Source: Azolla caroliniana
Taxonomy: Eukaryota > Plantae > Polypodiophyta
Reading direction: 5' to 3'
Assembly (NCBI GenBank): GCA_043228905.1
Contig: JBHGNT010000017.1
Span: 1,364,001-1,428,000, forward strand
Length of the DNA: 64,000 bases
The notes beneath the pieces were generated by a model, which did no database searches, had not been told where the DNA came from, and saw only the letters and a list, made by a program, of their open reading frames with translations. Shown here piece after piece: positions 46,690-60,491 of the stretch (position 1 is the first letter of the stretch; the number at the start of each line of letters is the position of its first letter). The position numbers were made by a program, and so were the translations under genes.

Positions 46690-47110
46690 TGAGGTACACG
46701 ATAATGTCCGGCACCATTTGTCCTGTGACACCACGGTAGGACATACCACCCCCCCCCCCCCATATAGACATTTTCACACTTGAGAACGTTCAATGCCACC
46801 TCGTCACTACCTTTGGTGTTGGGGCTATACATAAACCAGGTAGTGGGGGGCCCCTCAAATTTGGCTACTTTCACTACCTTTTGCTATCGGGCTACACATG
46901 ATGATGTTTGGCACCATTTGTCCTATGAGACCACCATAGGACATACCCCATATAGACACTTTCACACTTGAGAATGTTTAACACCACCTCCGAATGGTGG
47001 TCGGTCTCACTACCTTTGGGGTTGGGGCTAGACATAAACGAAGTGGGGGTAGGGGGCTCGGGACTAGCTAGTTTCACTACCTTTGCTATTGGGCTATACA
47101 TAAACCAAGT
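46690..47110. repeat. ~200-bp diverged tandem duplication in the ABC transporter proximal upstream region
   Basis: ggcaccatttgtcct..taggacatacc..catatagaca.tttcacacttgagaa...tcactacctttgg.gttggggcta.acataaac...tttcactacctt.gctat.ggg occurs twice. Confidence 0.85.
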
Positions 47111-47992
47111 CATGTGGTGGAACTCAAATACAGGCTACCCTCCTTCCTTTTCGCGCCCTTAGATGTTTGTGTGACACTCTGTTGGTGAGGCAAAGCATGC
47201 TTCTTTCAAATCCGCTTGTATCATTGACATCCAAGGCATAACGTAGCATGCTAATTCAATGGTTCAGGACAACAATGGTATTATGTGTTCGTCTCTAGTC
47301 CCTCGCTTGGAGGTGGTTATGGATTCTTTTCTTAATCAAAATATATTCATCACTTAGCAATTAGTTTTGTATTCGTAATAAAGGTATAACTTCTAATTAT
47401 CCAATAATCATTACAACTCAAGCAAGTCCGAAATGGTAACAAGGAGACACCTTCATTTTATTGTCATTCTTCTATTTTGAAGACGTGCATGCCTTGAATA
47501 GGAGCATTGGTGTTCAAGTTGCTTCTCATTAAAACCTAAATTGGTGATTCATCAACTTTTTGGATGTTAAATCAATCAAGATGACTTGGGAGATAATATT
47601 AATATATCATCATCCTGATTACTATGCCAGTACTCTAAATATATTTGTGCCTTGTTTTGTTTGGAATATTTCTTAATAATAAGCGTTATCTTAATTTTTG
47701 CGCTATGAACCTTCACTTTGATTGCACAAAATGTGTGCAATTCCAATTTATTTTTTTCCACTTCTTCAAGTCACAAAATATGATCGCGGGAAAGAGTCAA
47801 ATATGTGTGAAAGGCTGAATTTTGTCATAGAAAAGGGAATATTGAAAGTGAATCCTATGATGTATTGAGAAATGAGAATTTACAAACAATAACAACTTAG
47901 TGACCCGTTACTTCATATGCAAGGTCAACGATGATGATGATTCTTTGTTGTTGAAGTTCACTTCATATGCACGACTAATGCTCAAAACGATG

Positions 47993-48635
47993 GGGCTGAA
48001 GTTAACAGGGGAAGGTTGGGCTGAACAATTAAATCCTCACGGACATGGATTTATAGTACAAGGTGGCAAGGTGTTTCAACGAGTTGGAGTTCGACCTGGC
48101 ACTAACTCATAACTTTTTGAAGAGATATGGAGGATGGTGGCTTGTTTATCGGTCTGGCACATTTGGACCAACCGTTGTAAGTTTGTTTTTCAACAACAAA
48201 AGATCCCTAGTGGTGAGGTATTAATAAATATCTGGTTTGAGTTTGTCTCTTGGCTGCGGGGACGATACGACTCGATTAAGGGGGAATCTGATGCAGCTGA
48301 AAGATCTCGATCAAAGTTCTTGCTGAAATGGGGTAATTCTCCTATGGTCGGCAGATCATCATCAGGGCCTCAATGGCACTACCAAGCACCCCGGATGGTT
48401 GTTTCCCCCAATAGTTTCCAACAACGCCTAGGTGTTGTAAATTTGTATAGTTATGATACAAATAACTAGGTTATTGGAGTTGTTTGGTTACGTTTGTTGA
48501 AAATGAGGTGGGGACTATGTCCGCTTTGGTGGGAAGGCCAGAGTGAGGGCTGTTGAGAGGAATTTTGAGAGTTCTATGATGTAATTTTGTTTGCTAACTA
48601 ATGCGAAGCAGTATTTTTTTGGAAAAAAAGAAGAA
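47993..48635 (+). mobile_element. 5'-truncated L1-clade LINE with A-rich tail and 13-bp TSD
   Basis: TSD gctcaaaacgatg at 47980-47992 and 48636-48648. The ORF2 C-terminus reads WHIWTNRCKFVF...WHYQAP, related to the 26.2-26.5 kb element. The tail is ggaaaaaaagaagaa. Confidence 0.88.
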
Positions 48636-49744
48636 GCTCAAAACGATGCATCTAATCCATTAACAACAATGTTGACCAATGCCTCACATACTGAACCATA
48701 ACATCTTCGAGCTTTTGTGGTTTTTTCTTACAATCTCATACGTTTTCAAACTTTGTACTCAGTGTTTGGAACAAAACCCCATATCCTACCCTAAAAAACA
48801 ACAAAAAAAAAGTATGCTACAATTTAAGCATCGTGCAACTCATCAAACTCTTGCTTCAATTCCTCGATGATGTGCTTATCTCTATCACTTGTATCTCTAA
48901 CTTGGGGGATGAAAAAACAATATTGCAATTTTCTTTTCAACATAAGGTGGATTTTGGATTGCGAAAATCAAATCTTAAAGGTATGGACGCATGCACACAG
49001 TAAAACTTGTACCAAACACATCACATTTAAATGTTTACAACCATCTGCAAAATGGATCATGTTAAAACATCACATGTAAATGTTTTGTTGTTTGCATATA
49101 TCTACCATAAATCACCTTACACCTACATGATGGGAAACTATATCTTGCAAGATTTTTACATTGACTTCAAACAATTACCTTTTTATGGGAAATAAGTCTC
49201 TCCCTCTCCCTTGTATAGATATTAGAAACCATATTCAAGAGACTTCGTGAGGAAGGTGGACATACCCTCCAAACACTCGTGAGTATAAATCCATGAGACA
49301 ATAAGTTAATTCATGCTTTTAGTGTTTCTATAATGGTTGAAGAAAATATTGTGTTATGACACAATTTTGTGCTCCTAAAACAATTCAGCATATGAGCATG
49401 GATGCAGTTAAAATAGCTTGTATACATAATTTGATGGGTGTGAGAAAGTGACACATTGGGCATAATAAACATGAGGTCAAATTTGACGAAACAACATAAT
49501 AAAGGTCACCACACACTATCCACGATGGACTAGTGATACACTTATTCATACAAGAAAATGTTTTAAAGGCAACATATTTTAGCACATAAATGTGGCTAGA
49601 TCCTTCAAAACTTACTTTATAAAATGCACTTGTTGTAACTCAATGACAATAAGATATATATATATAAAATTCCGCCTTGAGTATGGAACCAAAGTGAAAG
49701 ATTTTCAATACAGGTTGTTGACTCTTGTAACTAAGTTGAACATG

Positions 49745-49783
<39 letters not shown>

Positions 49784-51401
49784 GTGTGTGTGTGTCGACA
49801 CAAATGAGTGTGTGGGAGTGAGAGATAGTTGTTAAGGGTCCTTCTCTAATGTCAACTAAAATTAAACCAATATGTTTGCTCAATGCTCACTAGTTATAAC
49901 TTATGACAAAGAAACATGCATACGTGTACATATATGTATGTAAAACAATGAAAAAAATTATATGACAACTTTAAGGTGACCTTCTCAAGTTGCATGTATA
50001 TAAAAAATCCTCATTCATTGGAGACATGCTTTTAAGTTGTCCCAACAATAAATTGTATTGAGACGAAGGGAAAGAAGGTAAAAGGACTCTCTTCAATGTT
50101 GATCTAACGCAAGCTTGTACTTTAGTTTAAGATAGAAAAGATGGAAGGACCTTACATACATACATGCACATGTGTATATACATACACAGTGCAATGGAAT
50201 AGATTTGTGATCATCGTTAGCATTTTTTAACCTATGGGACCGAATAAACACATCATGTTGCATATTACTCCTTCATAAGAACATGGGTTACTAATGTGAA
50301 CTAAAAAAACTATATGCGAAGTCAATGCATGCATGTACATACACACTCTTCTTGGTGGAAATTTGAGTGTGGCACTTAAATTATCATTCATGTCTAGCAA
50401 GTCATCATACTTCTCGTTGATTAACTCAAATTTATTACACACTAGGTTTTCGTTGCATATCTTCATACTTGGGTGATGATACCATGATGCTACCTCAATA
50501 CTTAGCTCGAGTGAGCTCAGAATCTCTCTTTTATTAGGATTTTTGATGAATGTGGATATATATAACCTTTTAATATTTTCGATGAATGTGGGTATGTATA
50601 ACCTTCTAAGACATTCGATGTTGGGAAATTTATATAGAGAGATAAAAGGTAGAGGGACTCTCTCTCTTTAATGTTATTCAAGAAACAACCTTGTTCTTAG
50701 TTAAGACGACAAAAATGGTATGCATATGTATATATCATCCTCAGTGTATTTTGCAAGACCCAAACTCAGAGCTTGTATCTAGAGCAATGGCTCATACACT
50801 CAAATAAGAGATTGGATATGGATACGAAAAGTTTGATTTCAAAAGAGAGAAAAAAGCAAAAAGGTAGGCCCTCTCCAATGTTCATATAACAAAAGTCTAG
50901 TCACCGGTGAATACAAAAGAAAGAAATGGATATACACACTAAATATGCACAAATTATATATAATCACATCTTACAAAGTACTATCCGCATAACTAAAAGG
51001 GGGAAATTACAAACCTAGTTTAAATGAATATGCATGATAAGATGGTATCCGAACGTGGATTTGGGCCTCACCCATTCATTGGAATCTTCAGCATTGATCG
51101 GCTTAGAGAGGATAGATCTCTATACTTGTACGAGAATGCTCAACTCGATCATCCTTGGGAGAGACAATCTCGCACTGACACTGCTTTCGTCGGTCGCGAC
51201 TGAACCAGGAGCTTGTATTTTACACTTCCCTGATTGGAGACGTCGACACTATGAGGTTCATGAAGACATCGATTCATGGCAGCAATAATCCAGAGGTTTT
51301 CGGGTGATCAGAGCATATATATTGATCTAAGTCTCATGCGCGCACACATGCACATGCACACCTACATACCCATATACTAACATACCCACACACCCACCCA
51401 A

Positions 51402-51441
<40 letters not shown>

Positions 51442-51644
51442 TGGGTTCCCTCATTAAGTCGTTAGTTCAGACAGAACAAAAATAAAGAGAAAGAGAGTGA
51501 CCACCATATGGATAAAGAGAGAGAGAAGAAAGAGAGAGAGTTATTAGCTGTTTCCTCTTTCTCTTCTTCTTCTTCTTCTTCTTCTTCTTCGGGCAGATTT
51601 ATGCAAGAGAATTTCGATCTCTGAAGCTTTGGTAGAGCAGAGAA

Positions 51645-54600
51645 ATGCAGGCCCTCTCAGATTCTCGATGCCTATCGATGAGCTCCGTATCATCGACAAG
51701 AGACGAGCTTCTTCTTCTTCTTCTCCCTCATAATAGTTGCAATAATCTCCCCCATCAGTCTGTTCCTTCTCGCCCTCTGCTGCGTAGCTACCCTGCTGTC
51801 TCTGCGAAGATATTCAAAGGCGGCAAGAAAGCTCCTGAGAAGGATTATCCATGGCCAAAGAACCTGAGGGGAGACCACAAAGACCACTCTTTGTCGTTCC
51901 TCAGTCGATTCAAGCCTTTGCCCGAGAAGCCCAAGTCTTTCACTCTTCCTTTCGAGAGACCGCTTGTCGATCTGTCGACGAAGATTGATGAGGCAATTCT
52001 TTTATCTCTTCAAGATCCGTGCATGCACCTTCTCTCTGTTTATCATCATCATCATCATTTATAAGATATATTTTTTTATTTGTGCTTTGTGATGGTTCCA
52101 TTAGGTGCGTGAATTGGCGAAGAAAACTGGTATGGATTTCAATACTCAGATCAAGGAGTTGGAGGAAAAGTATGACCAGGTGAGACAGAGAGAAATATGT
52201 GCGATTCCTTCATGAAGGGATAAAGAGAGAAATACAGAGCGAGATAGAAACATAAATACAACGTTTGGGAAAGAGGTGCTGTCTAAAATGTTGGCGAAGT
52301 TTTTAACTTTCCGGTGGAAATATCTGTGAAAGGAGCAAGTATCCTATGCAAAACATATATATATATATATCGAATTTCTTATTGATTTTCACATAGTTTC
52401 ATACATGTAAAAGAATTTCAGTGGATCGGATATAATAGTGTTCTTGGAAGCCAAAAATGAACCCATGGAACCTATTGCACAAAAGGGAGCTCATTTAGCT
52501 CAGTTTTTAAGGTTTTCTGATGCTTATGCACTCATCCATACATTCTCCAGTGGCTCATCTAGTACAGTAGTGTCGTTTCCTAGATCCATGGCTTACCACG
52601 AAAGGACAGCCCGAATATGAGAGGAAATGGCATAGTAAAGTCTTCAAAAGGTCAAACATCCCTATCAGACCAAAAGTTACATCCATGCGAATATTATAGA
52701 ATGTGATCTATAATATGCATTCCTTAAACTATTTAGTTGCTCTATGTCACGTCTATGTGATCTAAGTGCAAAGATATAAGGACCATGGGTACAAGTAATG
52801 TGAGGATACAATGTTCAAAATAAATATTTATCTGGGAGATGTAAAAGTTGAGGATCAGTCCCTTGAACGCTCTCAAAGGTACAAGTAATGGGAGGATACA
52901 ATGTGTCAAATAAATATTCATCTAATTGATGTAAAACGTGAGTAGATCAACCCTTGAACGCTCCAATAGGATGTTGCTGCATGAAATCAATGTTCTCTGT
53001 AGTATACCACCTTGGAGATGATGCCTGATCTCTGGGAATGATACTATCTATCTTCTATGTAATCATGTGCATATCCTCAGGCATCTGGAGTGAGGTAAAT
53101 GAACTTCTTGCTCAAGCAATACACTGCTATGAGGTGCTGGTTTTGCTTGCTCTGAGATATCTTGACTCAACTTTCTCAAGCAATATCAGTCTATAAGTCT
53201 CTAGCAAAAAGAGATCTTGCCCGATGACTTTCCTGATCTCCGACTGACTTAATGTCAGAGATGCTGCACCTAAGGAGTATTGGAAGGTAGGTAGTCTGTG
53301 TATGCTGAAACCATATAACTCAAAACAATGGGGGCATTTGGGGCTACCAACAGATCGCCCTCACTGAACAACTATCTAGAGGATTGTCAACCCTGTTAGT
53401 CTAGATACAGATGCATTAGATTGAATAATTCTGGATACAAGAGGTCTCTCCATTGATCTCCATTGACTACATACCCGTCCAGATCAGCATTAAGGGTTCT
53501 CAAACTGCAGTTCATAAAGAATAGTAAGGGTGGCAAGAGTATCAAAAAGCCAGAAGTTAGTATGTGGCACTTGGAGCTGAGTATGTGGATAATTCCTCGC
53601 ATCCCCTCTTATCCTCTTAGTGCTACATATGTCCTGGTAAGTCAATCCTGTGCAGCTTCTCTACCGGAGAAGATAGGTCTCAAGAATAATAAATCAAGGC
53701 AGGTACATGAATCTACACAATTCACTCTTTCCTCTCCATACATGATATTAGGCACCGGCCTCCTCATCCACTGAGATGTAGTGTGAAACACCACGACCAT
53801 GGTTTTTTCAAGGTTCATTGAGAGTCTGCTATCTTGTGCAGAAGAATGCAGAGTATCCAAGTGTCTATAATCCCACTGGAGACTCTGCAAATAAGTGAGG
53901 TAACATCTTTATATAACATAACCAATTACCTGCCAACTGAATGTGTATATCCCCTCTCACTAAAGAGGGGCATCCTGGTGTCACCCAAATGCTGGAATGA
54001 AAGGTCTCTGAATGTCCCTCTGGAATTCTACCAACTACTTTCTGATAAAGTGCCACTTTACCCATGAAACTCCCGAGGAACTCCAAAACCTGTAACCTGC
54101 TAATCAATCTTGCTCCAGTGCCTGAGCCAAAAGCTTTTCTGGAATCCATAAAGCAATGATTATCCCGTCTGATTTGGGCTTTACCTACCTCAAATGTAGC
54201 TCATAGTGTAAATATATAATTATAATTAGAGAATCTTCTTTTGAATTCTGCCTGTCTCTTGACTAAAAGATCCCTCATCTAACTGCTTCCTGCAGGTTCG
54301 AAGAGACTTGTACACACATCTAACACCCGTGCAACGACTAAGTGTAGCTCGTCATCCAAATCGGCCTACATTTCTTGATCATGTTCTTAACATGACAGAC
54401 AAGGTGTGTGTGCTTTCTATCTAGGCTTTATAAAGTAGTAGAAATATGCAATGATGAACTTATATGCTTCTTTTTTTTGGGCAGTGGGTAGAACTGCATG
54501 GAGATAGAGCTGGCTATGATGATCCTGCACTAGTCACTGGTATTGGTAAAATGGACAACATGAGTTTTATGTTCATAGGGCACCAGAAAGGGAGAAATAC

Positions 54601-57600
54601 CAAAGAAAATATATATCGCAATTTCGCCATGCCAACTCCTCATGGGTAGGTTGACCTCGATTATAACAGTAAGAAACACTACAGAACGGTAATAATGCTG
54701 TGTTGATAATCCTACTACATTTTACCAATGCAAAAAAGAGATTCTATTTGCAAAATTGATCTATGCTGACTCGTGGGGTTTTACAGATATCGGAAAGCCT
54801 TGAGGATGATGAGGCATGCTGATCATCACGGCTTTCCTATTTTGACTTTCATTGACACCCCAGGTGCTTATGCTGATGTCCAAGCAGAACAACTCGGTCA
54901 AGTAAGCCACCATTTCTGTACCTAATTCTAAAATTTCTAAATTTATAACTTCATGTATTTCATTCTTTCCATCCACCAGTAATCTTATTTAATATTTAAT
55001 ACATGTTATAGGGGGAGGCCATTGCATTCAACTTGCGGGAGATGTTTGGTTTAAGAGTTCCAGTTATAACGGTTGTTATTGGAGAAGGTGGCTCTGGGGG
55101 TGCCTTAGCTATTGGATGCTGCAACAAAATGCTTATGCTTGAAAATTCAGTTTACTATGTTGCAAGGTACACATTACTGTAGCAATCACACTAAATCCTT
55201 GTTTGCATGGATGTTTTGTGCTGCTGGTGATGTATTGGATTTTTTTTGAGTGTCTTTTTCTTGTCTTCTCGTGTATTTGCCTATGTGGTGACAGTAAACA
55301 TCGTTCTGATACATATGTCATTGGGATCTATGGTGGTTATGGGTATAGTTTGGATTTCTTCCATTACCTTTTGTCGGAAATAGTCTTGCACTGATACTTT
55401 GTTTGCTTTGCCTTTCTGGCCTCCCCTAATGGAAGTTGGAACACTTTTACTGCTGATGAGAGTGCAAGGTGCATATCAGTGGCATGCATGTGATGCACGA
55501 GGGATGCACATGCTTTCACCTTTATTATGCCACTTCAATATGTTTATCAAAGAATTGCCAACCTGGTATGCTGCAACGGATGCTTTGCTGGCTGGGTTAT
55601 ATGACCAGGTTCTTGGGTTGTATAGGTCCTGTCGTGTGAATGTTTCTTTTACAAAATTACAGTAGGTTAGCTTTCCTAAATTACATTTTGTTAGCTTTCC
55701 ATTACCTCTTGTCAGAAATAGCCTTGCACTGATACTTTGTTTGTTTTGCCTTTCTGGTCTCCCATAATGGAAGTTGGAACACTTTTACTGCTGATGAGAG
55801 CGCAAGGTGCATATCAGTGGCATGCATGTGATGCACTAGGGATACTCCATTATTTGGGGGTGCACATGCTTTCACCTTTATTATGCCACTTCAATATGTT
55901 TATCAAAGAATTGCCAACCTGGTATGCTGCAACGGATGCTTGGCTGGCTGGGTTATATGACCAGGTTCTTGGGCTGTATAGGTCCTGTCGTTTGAATGTT
56001 TCTTTTACAAAATTACAGTATGTTAGCTTTCCCTAAATTACATTTTGTTAGCTTTCCTACTATTCCTTTCCTTGGGTTTTACTGAAATTACAAAGGCTTA
56101 TGTGATCACTGGGTAAGGAACAAGAACAGGGTGTGAAGACAGTATAGACAAAATAAGAGATATATATGTGTATCATGACATCTCTGTTCTGTCCAGGATG
56201 TTGATGTTTGAACACTGGTGGTGAGGCCATTTTGTCCGTCCCCAGAGCTCCTTCAACTCGATGATTGTTAGCTTTCCTACTATTCCTTTCCTTGGGTTTT
56301 ACTGAAATTACAAAGGCTTATGTGATCACTGGGTAAGGAACAAGAACAGGGTGTGAAGACAGTATAGACAAAATAAGAGATATATATGTGTATCATGACA
56401 TCTCTGTTCTGTCCAGGATGTTGATGTTTGAACACTGGTGGTGAGGCCATTTTGTCCGTCCCCAGAGCTCCTTCAACTCGATGAGATTTCAGATCCTTTC
56501 TCCTGGGGAGGATGTAGGAATTCCAATTGTGTGTTATATCATGATGCTTTGCATTTAGATGTTTATGCCATTCGGAATCGATGTTAACATCTGTGCAGCA
56601 CATGTATATTGTTGTAGTTATGTAATTATTAACTTCTAATTCTACATGGTGTTCACACTCTTTATAAATTTAGAAATCTCTTTAAAGACAAGGAAAGTGT
56701 TTAGCTCTCTAGGCGAACTTCGCTAAGATTGCTTGTAACCATTGTTGCCTCATGCATGACTTGCAGACATGCTATTTACAGTGGTCGCACATGACTTTTA
56801 GATAGGTTTTGTACATGAGATGCATTTTGGGATAATCTAGCTACTTTTTATGAGATCATGAAACCATCAGAATGCTCCAGCTGTTTTGTTTCTTAATTTT
56901 GAGAATTTCAGGAGTGATGGGATTTTTGGGAGAGATGGATTATAGGAGAAGCTGGACGTGTAGAATCAGAACACACCTTTGCATGTTTATAATAGTATTG
57001 TAGCGAGATTATAAGAAGCTTCTTGCTATTGTGAGGAATTAAGTTATTTGGATCACAGAATTTTCAATCATTTTTTTTATCTGAAACTTGGCATATGCTT
57101 CATGGTGCAGTCCAGAGGCTTGTGCTGCAATTTTATGGAAGACAGCTGATGCAGCTCCAAAGGTCACTATGTTTTACACTTGTCTAGCTACTTGTAATAG
57201 TAGAAACATACTAATTAATTGAGGAAGATGAAAGCTACACAAATATTTCATACGTGGTTTTATTTTCCAACTAGCTATTCTGATGGGGAATGGAATTGTT
57301 TTTTACAGGCTACCGAAGCATTGAAAATTACAGCAGCTGAGCTGTACAAACTTAAAATAGTAGATGAGATTATTCCGGTTTGATTTTTTTCACCCTTGTT
57401 GGTTTGTTACATTGTTAATGGGCTATTTTAACTTTAATAGGCTTAACTTTTGTATTGGATTATAGAAATCTGATTGTGAGAATATATGCTCAGGAACCCC
57501 TTGGTGGTGCACATTCAGATCCATACGAGACATCTCAGAGTATAAAGACATCGATTATGAAGCATATGGAGGTGATGAAAAGTTTATCTTCTTTGTGTTA

Positions 57601-58106
57601 GTAGATGTTTAAACGGTAGGAAAACAAGAACCCTCCAAATATAAATAATCAAGCCTGTTTATAATACCATGAGGTTACAGAAATTTTGGGGTAATCTTTG
57701 AACTTTTCATCTGGATATTTATTAATTTTTTGATTAATGCTTTGTATTAAGTAAACAGTTTTTTTTCCCAATGGGGCAAAGTTTTTGAACCCTTGATAAA
57801 TAGTCCTTTTAGCGTGCTTCTCCTTAAATAATTTTACAGATGCTAAATCTTTTGAATCGGCTACAGGAAATGTTAAAACTAGATCGAGAGGCGATCATGC
57901 GACAACGGGACATTAAGTTCAGGAATATAGGTAGCTATCAGGAGGGTGTGGAGGTTGATCCTCGCCGCAAGAGATCGATGAAGAAAAGAGATGCTCCTTT
58001 GGAAGAGATCATCAAATCACTTCCTCATCCGACAGAGCATCATCTAGATTCTAGCACAATGTTAGAAAAAATCAATGCTGTTGTCCATAGGTCATCATCG
58101 GACTAG
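51645..58106 (+). CDS. CAC3: Acetyl-CoA carboxylase carboxyltransferase alpha subunit, plastid (AccA/CAC3), ~466 aa
   Basis: Exons 51645-51992, 52105-52179, 54296-54403, 54485-54645, 54787-54901, 55012-55166, 57111-57162, 57309-57377, 57494-57571, 57867-58106; 1401 nt in frame to TAG; intron 1 is GC-AG. Motifs [89 protein letters not shown]. Confidence 0.96.
52788..52965. repeat. ~90-bp diverged tandem duplication in CAC3 intron 2
   Basis: ggtacaagtaatg.gaggatacaatgt...aaataaatatt...gatgtaaaa...cccttgaacgctc occurs twice. Confidence 0.85.
53050..54200 (-). mobile_element. Degenerate RTE-like LINE RT fragment in CAC3 intron 2
   Basis: [16 protein letters not shown]...[16 protein letters not shown] resembles the late RT region (LxxNxxKT...YxYLG). 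Boundaries are approximate. Confidence 0.65.
55358..56484. repeat. Adjacent tandem duplications in CAC3 intron 6 (~340-bp x2 diverged; 220-bp x2 apparently identical)
   Basis: ~55358-55696 is similar to ~55697-56055. 56045-56264 matches 56265-56484. Confidence 0.93.
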
Positions 58107-60491
58107 GCAAACAATATCATAATTCAAAATTCATGTGGTAGTTAATGTGGTTTCAGAGATAAGCAAACTAACCTAAATTGAGAGCCTTAGGAATATGCTT
58201 TCATTAGAAGCATGTAATATTCTTTGTTTTTCAGATAGTGATGGAACCATAAGCTTATAAACAAGCGTTATAATGTTTTGTATCATTATTTGACATGGAA
58301 ACAATTTTCCTGAGGTTGAGTAACCCTCTTTAGAAGCTGGATACAAGCATTGTAGTGAAATATTTTTGCGTGTTCTGAGTCTTTTTTGTACATATGGTTT
58401 GTTATACGTTAACTTTGACTTCAGGAATCTAGAAAGCACCCAAAATTTAGCTATATATGTCATGCGAAAACATATTAGTGGTTTAGGTTGAAGAGATGAG
58501 ATAGTTGGTACGGGATAAAGGGCTAGCACAAGGTTGAAACCCTAAAAAATATTTGTGTATTTGGACCTCAAAAAGTTCATGTGAGTTGCAAAACTTAGTG
58601 TCATGGAACCTCACCATCATGACTCGAATTGACATAAATTTGTCTATAACTTACGATGTATTCTATTGTTTCATTCTAATAGGTTATTGTGGCTTTGCAT
58701 GACACCATGTTTGGATGCTATTTGAACATCAAGTACAACACTAGGTGAATCATATGTGTAATACTTGAATGCATTTCAAATTGCCCACTCATAATTCAGT
58801 TCACAAGTGGTTCTCAATATTCCTTTTTAGATGCACCCCATGAAGGCCAACTAGAACATTTATAGTAATTACTTTCATGCATGACAACCAATATAATCAA
58901 ACGTGTTTTCTAATTCATTAAATCTAACAATTGAGGAAATGCTCTTGGTAGTAGGTATATTTAATGAGCCTTTCTCTAACATCCATACTACATTCAACAT
59001 ACAAGTGTTATCTTATTCTTATTCAACAACCAAAAAGTGCAATGAAGTTTGAACACATTAACTTTTAAATTAGAGACAAGTGAGGACCTATTACATTACC
59101 TATTCTTGGAATTTGGAGGTTTGATGTATTTCAATTGGCACGTATTATTGTGGAAGGTTTATTCAGTTTGTCGAAGGACAAGAACAATGAGAAATATGTT
59201 TAGAGGAATCTATCCATGGCTTCTCATTCAATAATTGCAAAAGCTTTCCCAATTAGGAATTGTTGATAATAGCATGTCATCTTTGTATTGTAATTCAATC
59301 AATTGGAAGATCAATTTCGATATTATAAGTTGGACATTGATGTGGTAAAGAAATATGGTTGCATAAAGTCGAGTGGAAGACTACCTATTCCGGTCTATAG
59401 AAGAACGGAATGAATGGAGCATGGCAACATGATAACACTTCTCTAGGATCAAGAATAAAATGACTTGCTCTAAATTCTAATAACAGGCAATGAAAATAAT
59501 ACATAGAGATGCAACCATGCCTATGCAAAAACAAAAGTAGTGTTTAGGAGCAGAGAGATGAGTGACGTTGTATAGGAAAATAGTATAATGTAGACAAATG
59601 TAAGCAAGTTCGTAAGATTATCCGATGGAGATCAAAAGGTTGTGCATTCAACCCATTCCATTTTGTTGTGCCATTCAAAAGAGCAGTGCAATTAGTGAGA
59701 TTTGAGCTTGTATTCATGGGTTGCAACCAATGTATTAATTCTCATGTTTGTCCACTTATATTCTAAATTTGTGGCATAAGATAATATGTGTGCGCATGTG
59801 GGAACATTCACCATTAGGCATGGACCCCTTTATCACATACACTATTGAGAGAAGAGAAGATTTGAGACAGAGAAGTTGGAAATAAAATTCAAGTGGTAAA
59901 GGACATTATGCAATGTATATTAATGTCAACGACCAAGTAGGGGTCTCGATCAATGTGACACGTATCGTAGAAGACAAAGCAAGTTTCCCAGGTAGTAGGG
60001 ATCACGATCCAAGAACTCAATTTCTTTTTCGGGTGAGGCAATGTGGAGTGTACTACATCTTGAAGAATGATCCATCCCAAGTTATGTGTAAGATGCTCAT
60101 CAACGATCCAACCCAAATCATGCGTAAGTTGTTCATTAATGAAAAGAGGAGCGACAATCGGGTTGTTGACAAGATTGGGGTGGATTGAGGCATAATGTGT
60201 CATTAGAGGTTCAGGACTGAGTGCCAAGAGGTGTGTTGTTACGTACACAGAATAGACTCGGCAGTTGTGTATACGTACACAGAATGAATTCGACACAACG
60301 TGTCGACAAAGTTGTGGACCAAGAGACAACACCTCTTGCCCAACATTAATTAACACTTTGATCGCCTCTTTTTCCTTCCTTTTTTTCTTTTCAACATATT
60401 TTAAAGTTTTTAGCTTTTATATTTCTCATCGCCTTCGTTAAGTTCTTATAGCCTTCTTCTTCTTCTTCTTCTTCTTCTTCAAGCGACGGCT

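Noticed and set aside
58500-59800. Possible gene or TE between CAC3 and the fifth gene
   Set aside because: Only short ORFs without recognisable motifs or consistent splice structure.
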